This document shows, piece after piece, positions 12,401 to 27,000 of a DNA stretch of 64,000 nt. The DNA comes from Podarcis filfolensis (lineage: Eukaryota), in assembly GCA_964270895.1 (NCBI GenBank), contig OZ185435.1; one strand, 5' to 3'. Every line of letters begins with the position of its first letter. Position 1 is the stretch's first letter. Position numbers and translations under genes: made by a program. The notes under the pieces were generated by a model. That model saw nothing but the letters and a program-made list of their open reading frames with translations. It did not search any database and was not told where the DNA came from.

Positions 12401-15400
12401 GTCATTATAAGACTGTGTGACCCAAAAGTGAGGCTGAAGCAGTGTCTACAGAGTTCATGGCAAGTAGGTAAGTATAGGTAAGTAGTTTTATCCTAATCTG
12501 TGTTCTTTGGGTCTCCGTTGATACAAGATGCCCTATTTCAAGAGGAGAAATGGCTGGCCTGGAAGGGGAAACTAAGGGTTCATCCACATTTTCTGCTTGT
12601 GCCATGCCTAGAAAGCACAGGTCCAAGTAATTTTCCCTGAGGGAAAGCAGAAGTGTGGATGAGCCCTAAATCTTTAGAGACAGTTGAGATAATATGAATC
12701 TAGACCTCCTCCAGTTATATTCTTTGTGTACTCTTGGCCCATAGGCTGTATCAGATCCACAGGATGAAGGCAGGCACATATTTCCTCTGAAGTTATCTCT
12801 ATTCTCTCATAGCAGGTCTTAAGCATTCTGTCATCAGCAGGGATTTCTGATGCTAAGAGGACAGAGCTAAAGAGCACCACCCCATGACAGCAATAGGTGC
12901 TAGGTAGGTTATTCTCATGAAAGAACTTGGACAGAGGAAGCAGCTGCAGTTCAGTTCCCTTTCTTTCCTCTGACAGGTATTTGTGGAATTGAATGAATTA
13001 GTGGTGGAGAAGAACCAGGACATGCACTGGAAGGAGACAGCGCGCTGGATCAAATTTGAGGAGGATGTGGAGGAGGACACAGCACGATGGGGGAAGCCTC
13101 ATGTGGCTTCACTGTCCTTTCGCAGCCTTCTGGAGCTCAGGAAGACTATTGCCCATGGTGAGTAACCAAGGTGGGGTTGGGCTTTTGTCCTGAGATGTAT
13201 GTTGACAAGACCTTGATAAAAGCTATATCCCAACCTGCAAACAAAAGGCACAAATCAACAAGATCTCTCATGATTCAGACTCTCTCAAGGGAAAGAGAAA
13301 GAACGGTAGACAATTGTGGGTTGTCTTCTGATTGCCAGGATATCTTTTCCATCATTCATGGCAGCCTGGTCCTGAAGCTGAATGTGCAACACTGAAGTCT
13401 TGGGCTAAGAAGGAGGCCACCAAAAAGGTTTGCTTTTTCTCACAAGAGGTTCAGATCCAATTGAAGATTTAGGGCAGGATTCAATTAAGTTGTTGTATGC
13501 AAAGAATGAGGTCCACCCGCACAATGGGACTTCCCTCCTCTTCTTCCTGTGCACTCCCTATGCCTCCTAAATCTGCTCTGGATGGTTGAGGGAGCCCCTA
13601 GAACAGGTTTAGGATGTGGGGTGGGAAGGTGAGGGGGAAAGTCCTGTTGAGGGAATACTCCATGGGAGATTCTGGGGAGCAACATAATGCCCTGAGTCAT
13701 TGAGATACAGTACTGTTATTGCTTTTCAGAAGCAAACTGGTATGAGCTAAAATTTCCTTTGCACAGGAAAAATGATAGGAGGCAACAGTCTGAGATACTT
13801 TGTGCCTGAGAAATCTCTTCAGTGATCTTAAATGACCTAAACCTATTGGTCTTCCTGATCCCAGGAGCTGTTCTGTTGGACCTGGAGCAAACAACATTAC
13901 CTGGCATTGCTCACTTGGTGGTAGAAACCATGATAATATCAGACCAGATCAAGGCCGAAGACAGAGCCAATGTGCTCAGGGCCCTGCTGCTCAAGCACAG
14001 GTAAGTAATGTGCTGGCATTAGAAAGACAGCAGGTTGGGCTTTGAGTGGCAGGGTCACATGTGGAAGAGCTGCTGAATGTTAAGGAAGAGTGAACAGTGG
14101 TATAAATACATAAAAGACTGCACAAAAAGACCAGGAATGGCAAGAGGGAGTTGGGTGAGAACAAGATAATTTTTCAGTGTGGAGCAGATGAGGTTCCTGA
14201 GGTCCTCTTAGGAACTAGAGGTACATAAAGATGTTGGCTGTCTTGGGGCAGTGAAATGGATATCTCTAAGTGAAGTTGTGGTGGTGAAAGGAGCTCATAG
14301 CTTAAGATATATATGGGCAGGGAGACCAGGACTTTGGGTATATAAAGGTCAGGAAAATGGGGGTACGGAAGCAGGGAAATAGATGAGCAGGGATTTGTTG
14401 CTGTGGACACAACAGGAATAAATGATGTGAAAGGCATATTTTCATTTTGGTCAAGCTCTGAGCTACAATAAACTTTAGCCAAAGAAAGCTGGCCACTGTC
14501 CTGTAGTTCCTTTAACATCCACATTATTTCTTCAGCCACCCTAATGATGAAAAGGAGGTATTCTTTCCCCGGAACCAATCCAACTCCAGCATGAACTCTA
14601 TGGTAGGAAACCACCATCACCACCACAACCATGCAGTTGACACATGCATGCCATTGATGGGAGAAGAGCGCATTGAGATGACAGAGCCCAGAATCCATGA
14701 CCCTGATTATAGAGAGGTGAGTGAGCAACAGGCATGGAGAGCTGAATTGTTCTGAAAAGGACCGTATTTTTCCGTGTATAACACACCCCCATGTATTAGA
14801 CGCTCCCTATTTTGGGGGACTTAAAATTAAGAAAATGGGGGAGAGATTGCCCCCGTGTATAAGACTACCCCCCTTTTAAACATTTTTTAAGTAAAAAAAA
14901 CCCCTAGTCTTATACACAGAAAAGTATGATAAGTAGAGTGAAATCTCTGTGTGAGCTAAAGAAAACACTGAGACCTTCATTACTAACTGGGCCTTGCTAA
15001 GAAATAATGAATTCAAAGCAAGTTGCAGAGATTTCAATGTTTTCCACAGCTTACTTTATTTCTGCTGGTCACAGGGAAGGAACAAGGAAAAGTAAGAGAA
15101 GTGGCATTGGTCAAGAGGTGGGGGGAAATACTTGTGGGAGTCATTGGCCTAAAGGCTTAGGAACTCTCTGAATTTTCTTCATTTTTATTACGATGCATAT
15201 ATATCTCTTGATTGTAAAAAACAACAACTTCAAAGCAAGCAACCAAGCAAGCAAGCAAGCAAGCAAGCGAGTGAATGAATGTTATAGCATACGTATGCCA
15301 AGACAATCAATTTCTAAATTTGCCTTAAATGAGCATTTAGAATCACAGAGAGCAGCAGGAAAACTATTGGACTTCAGTAACCAGAATGCAGCCTGTCTTT

Positions 15401-17955
15401 TTATGGCCCTTTCATTTAGAGAGCCAAGTGGCACTCCAACAGTGTGGGGGGTAAATGTTTTCATAGGCAGCCCTGGCTAATGAGAACCTTTGTTGTTGAG
15501 ACAGAAAAACATGCACCTTCACAGCTCTGAGGGACATCGTCACAAATATCTCAAGCTGATGGAGAAGATTCCCGATGATGCAGAGGCTACTGTAGTGCTT
15601 GTTGGTAAGGAGTCCTGAGCCAAAATCTAGTACTGAGGCCTTGAGCAGGCTTTCATCAGGAGACCTGTGGTTTTAACAACAGTAACATCCTTCCTTTTGC
15701 TGGCATTATCTCATGGGGAGTTCAGGGGTTCGATGCTGCTGCTACACTGGTGGAGCAGCCATCTTAACCTATACTCTCTCAGGCCAGGTGGAGAGGGGTT
15801 CAAACCCCACCATGGGGTAGGAGAAGTACCGGTAATATGGCTCCACTCACCTTTCATATGCCTGGCTGAAAACTGTCTTGGCAAAGGCAAAAAAATGTAT
15901 TGGCCAGCATATTTGAAGTTTTCTGCTGCTGTGCTTGTCGTGACAGCAGCATCTTTTGCATTTTGCCAGTATAATCGAGCTTCTGTCAGGTACTATAGCC
16001 CCTCAGTTACAGCAACTCAAGTATAGGATTGCTTGTAAACCTGCTCAGAACTTCTAGGTCAGTCAGAGGTTCTTGATAGTGAAAAGACAATTCTCTAGTA
16101 GGTTCTGCTTAGCTGTGGTATGGATGGAGGGAACTCCAGAGAAGCTTCTGAATTTGGCCCTTGGCTTTGTTGAGGTGGCTTCAGAATTAGATCAAGATCA
16201 CCTCATTAATGGAGATGTCATTTTTCAGCTGCAGTCTTCCCCACTTCTGCAAAAATAGGGACTGGGGCAGTAACCTCAAACTCTGCATACTCAGATGTTG
16301 CATCCTGTGTTACTCACACTGCCCACTGTTAGCAGGTGTTGTAGAGAGGGCACTGCCAGGTGGTACTTGCAGCTAAGGGCTCATCCACATCTCTGTTTGC
16401 CCCACCACTTTCTCCTGGGAAAACCCACAGCTTACCTCCGAATTGGACCAAAAGGAAATCGGGTTTTCTGCAGACTGCTGTTTGTTCCAGTTCAGCCGTA
16501 AAAAGCATATTTTCCAGGGGAAAGCTGTGGGGCAAATGCAAAACCACTTGCAACCATGCCTAGAAAGCACGGGACAAGGGGAAGTGTGGACATGCCCTAA
16601 GTGTGTTCATATGTGTCATTTTGCCAAGTCTCCCTAAACCTGGAGAATGCTTCCTGATCTCAGAAGCTTGTTGCTTCCACACTGATCATCATGGTCTTAT
16701 GCTTCCCTTCCTGATAGGTTGTGTTCAGTTCCTTGAGCAACCAACAATGGCTTTTGTCCGTTTGAATGAGGCTGTGTTCTTGGAGTCAGTCCTGGAAGTC
16801 CCAATCCCTGTTCGCTTCATCTTTGTCTTGCTGGGGCCAAGCCAGTCCAACATGGACTACCATGAGATCGGACGTTCCATCTCCACTCTCATGTCAGACA
16901 AGGTGAGGAGGAGCTGAGTGTTGGTTCAGGCTGGAGAAGACACAAGAAGGGTAGCAGCAAAGGTGCTGAAAGATGCATTAGAAAGGGAACAGCATGAAGA
17001 TGCAGCACAATGCCAAGGGAGCACAAGTCAGGAAGGGTTTGTAGACTTGTTCCATGCCTATTAAGCACAGGTCTGAGTGGTTTTCTGCTTGTTACGCTCC
17101 TTTCCCAGGGAAAGCCCACTCTTTAGTGCTAAACTGGAGCAAATGTCAATCAGGAAAACACCCGAATTGCTATTTGCTCTGATTGAGTAGTTTTCTGGAG
17201 GACAGGGAGGGCGGGGAAGCAGCAGGACAAAAGGAAGCATGGATAAGCATGGTGGGGAAGGCTGGGAGGCAGGGGGTGTTTGCTCCCCTCTGGCATCACC
17301 TTTGTCAGCCAATTGATCCAGTATTTCTGCACCACAGACTGCTCTGTGTATGAACCCTCTTCCCTTTGCCTCCAGCCATTTTCCTCCTTTGGTTGAATAC
17401 TCTGCTAATGATTTATGCATGCCCACACGCCCCCTGACTTGCCAGCATGGGGGAACTGTAAATATGCATGGGCTGTGCAGTCTGCACAGAGGAAGAAATG
17501 CTCCCTTGGAAGGACTTCTGATGCACATTAAAGCATAGAACCCAGGGAAGAGGAATGTGTTGGGTGGACATGCCCTTTCAGATGCCCCAAATAGCTCAAC
17601 TGGTGCATTTCTTTACCATGCTGTCCAAACACACTCCTCTAAATATCAAACATTTTTCTGAAGGCTCTTCCCCACTTGCTAGAAGTTGTTTTTATTTGCT
17701 TTGAAATACTCTGTCCTGAATTGGCTTCTGAAGAAGGTATGCTAGCAAGCTGACCATAGCAACTTCCTTAAAAAAACACGTTATTGCAATTTTTAATCTT
17801 ACAGTGCATCCCACTGTTCATAGGATAGAATAGGTGCAAGTCAAACACATTCAACAATATTTCACACTTGGATAAATTGTTAGTGAGAGAATAGAAGGGA
17901 AATTATATACTTTTGTGCATAGACAACCAAGAAAAAAATACATGGATATCCACTG

Positions 17956-18009
<54 letters not shown>

Positions 18010-21000
18010 GATGCGGGTGGCTCTGTAGGTTAAACCACAGAGCCTAGGGCTTGCCGATCAGAAGGTTGGCAGTTCGAATCCCCGTGACGGGGTGAGCTCC
18101 CATTGCTCAGTCCCTGCTCCTGCCAACCTAGCAGCTTAAAAGCATGAAGTACAAGTAGATAAATAGGTACAGCTCTGGCGGGAAGGTAAACGGCATTTCT
18201 GTGCACCGCTCTGGTTTGCCAGAAGTGGCTTAGTCATGCTGGCCACATGACCCGGAAGCTGTATGCCGGCTTCCTCGGTCAGTAAAATGAGATGAGCGCT
18301 GCAACCCCAGAGTCACCCACGACTGGACCCAACGGTCATATATATATGACACCCCAACAATCTCCCCCAAAAGGCAAAATAGTGATGGTGATATGCCAGG
18401 ACAGGAATCAAATGAACAGGGATAGGTGGAGCATAAGCTGTTCCCATGACACTGAATTAATACAGCTGTCAATCTGAACTGAGAAGAGAGTTACAGGGTC
18501 CTTCGATGACACTGAGATAACATTGGCTTTGAAAGTAGATTGATGAGCTCGTCTTGGGTCTGAGACAGCATCACCAGGCAATGTTATACTGGAGGACAGA
18601 GGATAAGTGATGGGCTGCTCTCTGCCTAACTGACCATCTTCCCTTGTTGGCTGACAGCATTTCCATGAAGCTGCTTACATGGCAGATGACCGCCAGGACC
18701 TGCTCAATGCCATCAATGAGTTCCTTGACTGTAGCATTGTCATCCCTCCATCAGAAGTGGAGGGGAAGGATTTGCTCAAGTCAATTGCCACCTTCCAGAA
18801 AGAGCTGCTGAGGAAGAGGAAAGAGCGGGACCAGAAGAAGTCCATCAAAGAAGGGAATGTTCAGGAAGCCAAAGGTCTCTTCTCTCCTTGCCTTTTGTAC
18901 CTTGCCATTCTGCTTCATGGCCTGGGTAGGGTGGGTGAGGAAGGATTAGCACAGACACAGCACAATTTCGTTGATGCTGAGGGAGGGGGCACTTTCTGAA
19001 AGTTGGAGTAGGCAGGGATGAGGAACCTGCATCCGCCCTGTCTAGGGATGCTGGAGGCTGGCACTGGGTGTGAAGGTATCTTGCGTCTACTTCCCTCTCC
19101 CTTCCCCTCACCCCCACCATGCTGTTCATGTCTTTCCAGAGATCTGTGAGGTAAAAGCTGAGGAGGAGGAAGAAGGCGAGGAGGAGGATGACCCTCTGAA
19201 GCGCACTGGCATTGTCTTTGGTGGTTTGGTGCGGGACATAAAGCGCAGGTACCCCAAGTATCTGAGTGACCTCAAAGATGCCCTGCACAGCCAGTGCCTC
19301 GCAGCTGTGCTATTCATCTACTTCGCTGCTCTCTCCCCCGCCATCACCTTTGGGGGACTGCTAGGTAATGAGTCCACCCTCCTCTTCCTTCCTCACCTCC
19401 CCTACCCCACCCTAGTTCCTTGCTCAAGCTGGTTCCTGTTCAGCTAGGCTGCCCAAGAGATCGAGCACATTAGTTTAATTTTTGCCTGTGCTTATACTGG
19501 CTAAGTGGCTTGGATTGGTTCATCTGTGCCTGTGCCCTTGCTGGGCAAGTGGGTGGGCTCAGTTGGCTCTTGCTATGTTCAGATGGGTTTGGCTCTGTCC
19601 CATTGCACTCTTGCCTGGCTCTGGGGCTTTCCAGTCTATGCATGTTCCTTTCCTGTTCTCTATGGTAACAATAAAAGCATTTTACTACTCTTAATAGTCA
19701 CTCCCCAATATTGCTAATTTGCACGCAACCCAGAGTCCTAAATTGGATGGGCAGAGGCCAATGTAGGACAGGAGAGGGTCTCAACAAATCTCTGCAGAGA
19801 AACATCAGTAAGGATCAAAATGGCCTCATGTAACCCAGCAAAATGCTGGGGGCCAAGGCTTGCATGTGGACATTGTGCTCATATCCCTGAAAGCAAAAAA
19901 CAGTGCACAGGCACTAGCCCTTAACCATCTGGGGTTAGGAGAAAGAATTTGTTTAATGGTGAGAAGAATTGTCCCTTTGTTATTGAACAGATTGGGGATA
20001 TTTTAAGCCCAATTACCCACAATCCATTCTTCTATACGTGTTCATGGGCACCAATGTATTTATTACTTCTTAAGCACTTGATGCAACAATATTGCTAAAG
20101 CAAAGTAGGTCTGATTTTGATCAGTTCCTGGATGGGGGACTCTGCTTGCGAATCCTATGTATCTTGCCTTAAGTTCCATTATGGAAGAAAGGTGGGATAT
20201 AAATGTAAAGAAATAAATGATTTTTTAAAGATGTCATATAATATAAAAATAATAATAACTGTAACAGCGTCATATATCCATTGACTTACATTCTGCACTT
20301 TTCTCTCATATTAGAGGTAGATGCAGACATCAGTTTACCCTGCTCCAACAGGGTGGGTACCATTCTCCCTAGGACACTTACTCTTCAGAAAACTCAGTTC
20401 CTTTCCCCCCATGTTTATGGGTAGGGACCAGTGCAAACACTTCCAAGAAGGTAACTGAAATAAGCAGAGGATTCAAAATCTCTGCAGCTAGAATATATCT
20501 CCCATCACTTGCTGGACTCTCTAACAAGGGTGTATTTCTGTACAGCAATGCATTCTGTGATGGAAATTATCTGTTAGAATTTAATATGAGGGAATTTGCT
20601 CATGTTGAGGTTCCTTGGCCTAACTGTTCCACAAAATTATCCAACAGTAGCGTATCTGTGCATGGAGGGACTCATTGGCAGTGGCAATTGAGAGAAAAGG
20701 CTATGAGTTTTCTCCTGTGGTGAGCCCCACCCACCAGGGGGATCTGGGCACATGTTTCTGTCTGCCACTCTGCAGTTTGTCCCAGAGACATTGCTCTTTC
20801 TCTACAGGTGAGAAGACAGACGGTCTCATGGGCGTTTCGGAGTTGATCATCTCCACCTCAGTGCTGGGCATGCTCTTTTCTCTGCTGAGTGCCCAGCCTC
20901 TCCTTGTCATTGGCTTCTCAGGGCCTCTGCTGGTCTTTGAAGAAGCTTTTTACAAGGTATCTGTAAACTGGTGTCTTCCTTGGTTCTACATTGCCACTTT

Positions 21001-24000
21001 CACATGCAGATGTCCCACATACTGCAAGCTGCTGTGCACTGCTTATGAAGTGCCCATATAGGACACTATAAGGCTTAAATCTGGCCTAATTCACACATTA
21101 CTTGAGTGGTGAGGGTGTCACCAAAATTCCAAATGACATGGGGGCAGAACTGTGTGGGAAACTGTTTTCGTTAACTTATTTTCACCTATATGGATGGGGT
21201 TTTAACTACCGCAGTGGAATCACCTAAAAATGAGAGGTTTGTGTTCCCATGTACATGGGAGTCGCTGTACACAAATGGATTTATTTCCTGCTTACATGCT
21301 GATCCCACACTGCTTAGGTAATAACATAATTTAGTGACTTCAAGGCTGGAATTGACTCCATGCTGAGAGGTGACTCCTCTCAAATAATCCCCATCATCTT
21401 CTGCACCCTCTCAAATCATCACAATAATCTTCTGCAGCCTGTGAATAGGGCTATTTGGTTTATTAAACAATGTGCCTACATTATCCTTGTTGAGGAAATG
21501 CTATGCCCATACCAGAGAGCACCACTGCACAGGGTAGGAGCATGTGCTCTCAGTTTAATGATACAGAATGCATGCATTGCTTTAACCAAGGAGGCCCAAC
21601 TGCCTCAATCTGTCATGGTGGGCTGAAAGAGTAGTTATTGGCCAACACTGCTGCTATTTCTGTTGCTTTGGGCATTTCTGATCTTTGCTTGCATGGGAAT
21701 TTGCCCACAGAGTGTCCCTGAGTTACCTCAAGAGGGTTTGGCAATTATGGTGGGGCAAGACTCGAGCACAAATTTCAAAAGTGTTTGGTGATGGGTATGC
21801 AGTACAGTGTTTATGGTGGATAATACTCAAATGTGCCTCAAAATAGCCTGCTAACGATTTGGTAGCGCAAGACACTGGATGCTGATGACCATGTAACTGA
21901 ACAGAGGATGAAGCCTGATGATTTCCTTTTCTTGCTGGGTTGTTTGGCACCTCCCCTCCATCAAACCAGGAGGGGTTTATAATGCCTCAACTGCAGGCTT
22001 GCATACTTCCCAGAGGGGTTGCGCTAAAACTCTATTTGTGTTGCCCTCCTGGGGCTGCAAACACAGTGAGCTTGTCAAATACATAACAGTCTGCAAAGTT
22101 TAGCAGGCCACATGTTGTGCAGACTTGCTTTTCAAAATGAGCCAAGGTGCAAAGAATGGAAGGGAAACATGCTCAGGCCAGTTCCCTTATTTCTGTCACC
22201 TCTGTTTCTTTTTTTGGCAGTTCTGCCAGAGCCAGGGCATCGAGTATCTGACAGGCCGGGTATGGATTGGCCTCTGGCTTATTGTCTTCATTTTCATCAT
22301 TGTGGCCGCTGAGGGCAGCTTCCTGGTGCGATACATCTCCCCCTTTACCCAGGAGATCTTTGCCTTCCTTATCTCCCTCATCTTTATTTATGAAACATTC
22401 TACAAACTTTACAAGGTGAGCTTTAGATCTGGATCTGCCTGGCTGGCCTGCTGGTATCAACTCTGTGCCAGCATTATGAGACAAACTGTGGGTTATTGAT
22501 GACTTCTCGCACACCACCCTTAAGTAGGAAGATTAACAACTCTTCCGTCTTTCATGGCTGTCTGTAAGTGTCCTCTTTTCTGACACTATATTCCCAGGTA
22601 TTTACAGAGCACCCACTACTGAGGTTCTACCCGCCAAATCTTCCAAGAGATCTAAATGACAGCACATTGCCTCCTGATTCCATGGCTCTTGACGCTCAGA
22701 TGCAGCCAAACACTGCCCTGCTGTCCCTCATCCTCATGTTGGGAACCTTCTTCATTGCCTTCTTCATGCGCAAGTTTAAGAACAGCCGTTTCCTAGGAGG
22801 AAAGGTGAGGCTAAGGCCTAAATAGCAAGAAGTGTGGTGGCAATTCCCCATACAAACATCTAGCCTTTCCATTCTACATGTTCACTGAAGCAGGGTTTTT
22901 TCCCCTGTACTAAGAGCAATAATAGGTGGAGATATTGTTCTGATCCCCTTCCATGCATAGCTTTTTATGAAGAGAGCCTGGCTCTAGTCAATACCACGGA
23001 GGCCAAAGGTACCTTACTTCCCCCAGGATGCTGAAGTTCAACCACAGAAATGCAGAGGCTCAGCCGGGTACTCCACAGGGTACCTTTCCTCAACAAAGTG
23101 CTCTTCAGATGTTTTGGACTCCAACTCTTACCAGCCTTGGACTCCATGGCAAATAGTAAATGATGTTGGTAGTTCTAGCCCAAAACATATGGAGGGCACC
23201 AAGTTGGGGAAGGCTGCTCTGGGGCATGCCCAAATGTTATCAAGATACCATTTTGAATCTGGCTGGCATCCCCATATGATTGACATATAAGGTGGCCAGG
23301 GACTGGCAGTGTAGTGGTGAAGAGAAGGGTCAGACATCTTAGCATCACCTTTAGGAATTTTATTCTACTATACCAAACCTCATCACAAAGCATTTTCAGG
23401 CAGAGTCATATAGTGAGAAATTCTTCAGTGGATGAAAGACCAGATAGGGTCTTTTGGGCTCAGCGCCCAGCAACATCTCCAGCATGCCCTGTGCTTACTT
23501 TCATCTCCTGTGCTTGGTCTGTAGGCCCGGCGAATCATTGGAGATTTTGGAATCCCTATCTCTATCCTTGTCATGGTTCTGGTGGACTATACTATCACTG
23601 ATACATATACCCAGGTAGGTACTGCCTGTTCCAACTCTTCACCACCCAGTGGGTATGAGGACATGTGTTTTTCAAGGAGTTTGGACTTTAATCTGAGACT
23701 TCCATTGTCTATGTGGGTGCCAGCATCTGTGTCTTCTCGATCAGTGTAAATTTCACATGAAAGCAAGATTTCTAAAAAGGAAACAAATCCAGTTCAGGCC
23801 ATTCCGTGAGTTACATTGTTGAATGTGTCCCTGTTACCTCTAGCTGGATTGTCTGTGGAATGTATAGTCACCTAAGGACAGAATGCATGTCTGGCTGGGC
23901 TTCCAAATAGTGTCAGATGCTATATTGGCCTAGGGTGTTCAGGTTGGCTGTGGTGGCTGTGCTGAGAGAGGCATACATGCCTTTAGTGTGCATACAAGCT

Positions 24001-27000
24001 GTAGTTTGGAATTGCTATCTACAACTAGTAGTTTTATCATGTTAGGCTGGGATTCCTTCTAATCTGCAGTAACTTCAAAATGGGGCTGTGTTTAGGACCA
24101 TCAGTCTTTGTTGAGGACCACCAAGAAAAGATGCAAAATCTGCCATGTGAAAACTTCTGTGATCCCTGATCAGTGTTCTAAACTAGAAGTGGAGCAAGGG
24201 AAGTGGGATACAGTGGTACCTCGGGTTACAGATGCTTCAGGTTACAGACTCTGCTAACCCAGAAATAGTACCTCAGGTTAAGAACTTTGCTTCAGGATGA
24301 GAACAGAAATCATGCGGTGGCGGCACGGCAGCAGTGGGAGGCCCCATTAGCTAAAGTGGTGCCTCAGGTTAAGAACAGATTCGGGTTAAGAACGGACCTC
24401 CAGAACGAATGTAAGTTCTTAACCCGAGGTACCACTGTATTACAAAGCAATGTGGATGTTCTGCATCCCAGCCACATTTCCCCATCATTATATACATATA
24501 GGGAAGCAGAGCCCACTGCAGACAGTGCACAGGTGTACTACAGCAGCTATGGGAATTGAGCAAGCTCAGTGAATGCATCTGAGACCCATTAACACATACA
24601 CCCATACGCCAGTACAGGCATGTCCAATTAACATGACTTTGACATAGATGCCAAAATAGAACAGCACATTCCAAGCTTTCTGTGGCATTCCTAATGGAAC
24701 TGTGACCTACTGGTGAAGGGTGGGTAATAAAGTTCTTGTTGATTATGATATCTATTCCATGCAGAAAACAAGACTGATGTCTTTTCCTCCATGTTGTCAC
24801 CACAGAAGCTGAATGTTCCCTCAGTACTGTCAGTCACAACCCCCAACAAGCGTGGCTGGTTCATCCATCCCTTAGGAAGCAACCAGGTGTTTCCCATGTG
24901 GATGATGTTTGCTTCTGCCATCCCTGCACTTCTGGTCTTCATCCTTATCTTTATGGAAACCCAGATCACCACGTAAGTGCCAGGCCTCCACACTGGGGGC
25001 CAGCTCACTCTGTACCTATCACCCTGTGGAAACGCTAAGTAAAATTAAATAATTGCAGCAGCTGTAATTGGAATTGGTGTTGGGTGGGAAGAGAAGTCAG
25101 AATCGAGGGGATAGACAGAGTGACCCCTTCTGAGGGGATGTGACAACAGGCTCCTAACTTCATTTGTCCCTGCTGTCTACATTGAACAATAAGGGACTAC
25201 TGTTTCCATAGCTCCCAGGAGGTCTTTTCTATAGTGGGATGCATATTATTTGTCTTGTATGCTCCCTTTGCTGACCAGATGCCTTGATTCTTCCAAGTCT
25301 CCCAATTAGAAAGAGCTGCTGCAAAAAATAATAACATTAAATTCAAAATACCGTGTGCCACTGCTCCCCTTGCTACAGCCAAAATCTGTTACGTTGGTCA
25401 CTGAAACTCGGGTTTGTTCTGCTCCCCACCCTTCCTATCTCCTTTGCAGCCTAATTGTCAGCAAGAAGGAGCGGAAGTTGATAAAGGGATCGGGCTTCCA
25501 CCTTGATTTGCTGCTCATTGGTACAATGGGAGGGCTCTGTGCCCTTTTTGGGCTGCCTTGGCTCACGGCTGCCACGGTCCGCTCAGTCACCCACGTCAAC
25601 GCCCTCACAGTCATGAGCAAGGCCATTGCACCTGGTGAGAAGCCAAAGATTGAGGAAGTGAAGGAGCAGCGTGTGACAGGAGTGCTCATCGCTGGCCTTG
25701 TTGGTGAGGTCCACACAGAGGAGCTTGTTCTCTGAGGTGGTTGTGTGCATCTTAGCTCATTTGAGCAACCTGAATTTGTTCTGCAGACATTCATTCCCCT
25801 GTGGTGTAGTGACACTCTCTACTTGTGCCATACTGTGGTGGGGGTGGGGTGGAGCTTGTGGGAACATGGCCCCATGAAACTAGTGGACACATACAGTAAA
25901 ACAGTGAGCCTGCAAATCTCCTTGTTCTTTCTAACCATAGTTCTGTGTCTCTGTGTTAAAGCATCAGGCCTATTCAGTATATATCCAGGGCTGTACATGT
26001 GTGTCAATGTCAGGCATTGTCCCGTGTTCTGATCATGAAGTATGGGTGTACCTGTGTGTAGAAAGAGAATGCAACACTGTATCCTGCTCTTCAGGCCTGT
26101 CCATCGTGATGGGGAATGTACTACGCAAGATCCCATTGGCTGTGCTGTTTGGGATTTTCCTATATATGGGTGTGACGTCACTGACTGGCATTCAGCTCTA
26201 TGAGCGGCTCCTCCTTATCTTCATGCCATCCAAGCACCACCCTGATCATGTCTATGTTGTCAAGGTAGGTGCGCTGGGGGAGTGGGGAGTGGTGAAAGGG
26301 TGGCAAGTTCAGTGGGTGGCAAGTTGAGATGGGCCTGAAAATAAAGATGGGGAAGGACAGGGGAAAGCCATGCAGTGGCTGGCTTGACTGGCATGGGGAG
26401 GAAACCACTCACTGAGTGGTACCAGCACAGCTTTATGATAACCCTTCCATAGAAGGGAATGGAGTATTACACTGAAAGTCTGGTACTTTGACAAGTGCTA
26501 AAAAATAGAGCTGCCCAAAGAAGGGTGAATCATCTGGCTGGCTTGCCTTTAGGTGAAGACCTGGAGAATGAACCTGTTCACATGCATCCAGCTAGCCTGC
26601 ATTGTGCTGCTGTGGGTGGTGAAATCCACTGTGGCATCGCTGGCTTTCCCATTTGTCCTGATCATGACAGTCCCCCTGCGACGATTCCTGCTGCCACGAT
26701 TCTTCCATGAGAGAGAACTCAAAGCGGTAAGCAAACGCCATTGCCTGATGTCTTAAACTGTTATGGGAGTCCCAGTCCTTATTCAGCCATTGGTCTAAAG
26801 TGTATGCATCAGATTTGGTTAAATGGTCAATATCATAACTAAAAAACTTTTCATGGCATCGTGATATAATGTTTGAAGCTGGAGAGCAAAAGACTCTGTT
26901 GTCACCTTCTTTACTGTCCTGCAGTACTGTATTGGAGAACCAGTTTTGGGGGCACAAATTGTGAATTTTCCCAGAGACCACCCAAACCTGCCTGTAGACT

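Noticed and set aside
14174-14728. 184-aa minus ORF and other antisense ORFs over SLC4A3 exons (e.g. 18845, 22173, 25435)
   Set aside because: Shadow frames of real coding exons, with no independent splice or start support
18008-18085. tRNA-like A/B boxes (also at 30710, 46547 and 11488)
   Set aside because: They continue into SINE bodies and lack a complete cloverleaf, so they are not tRNA genes
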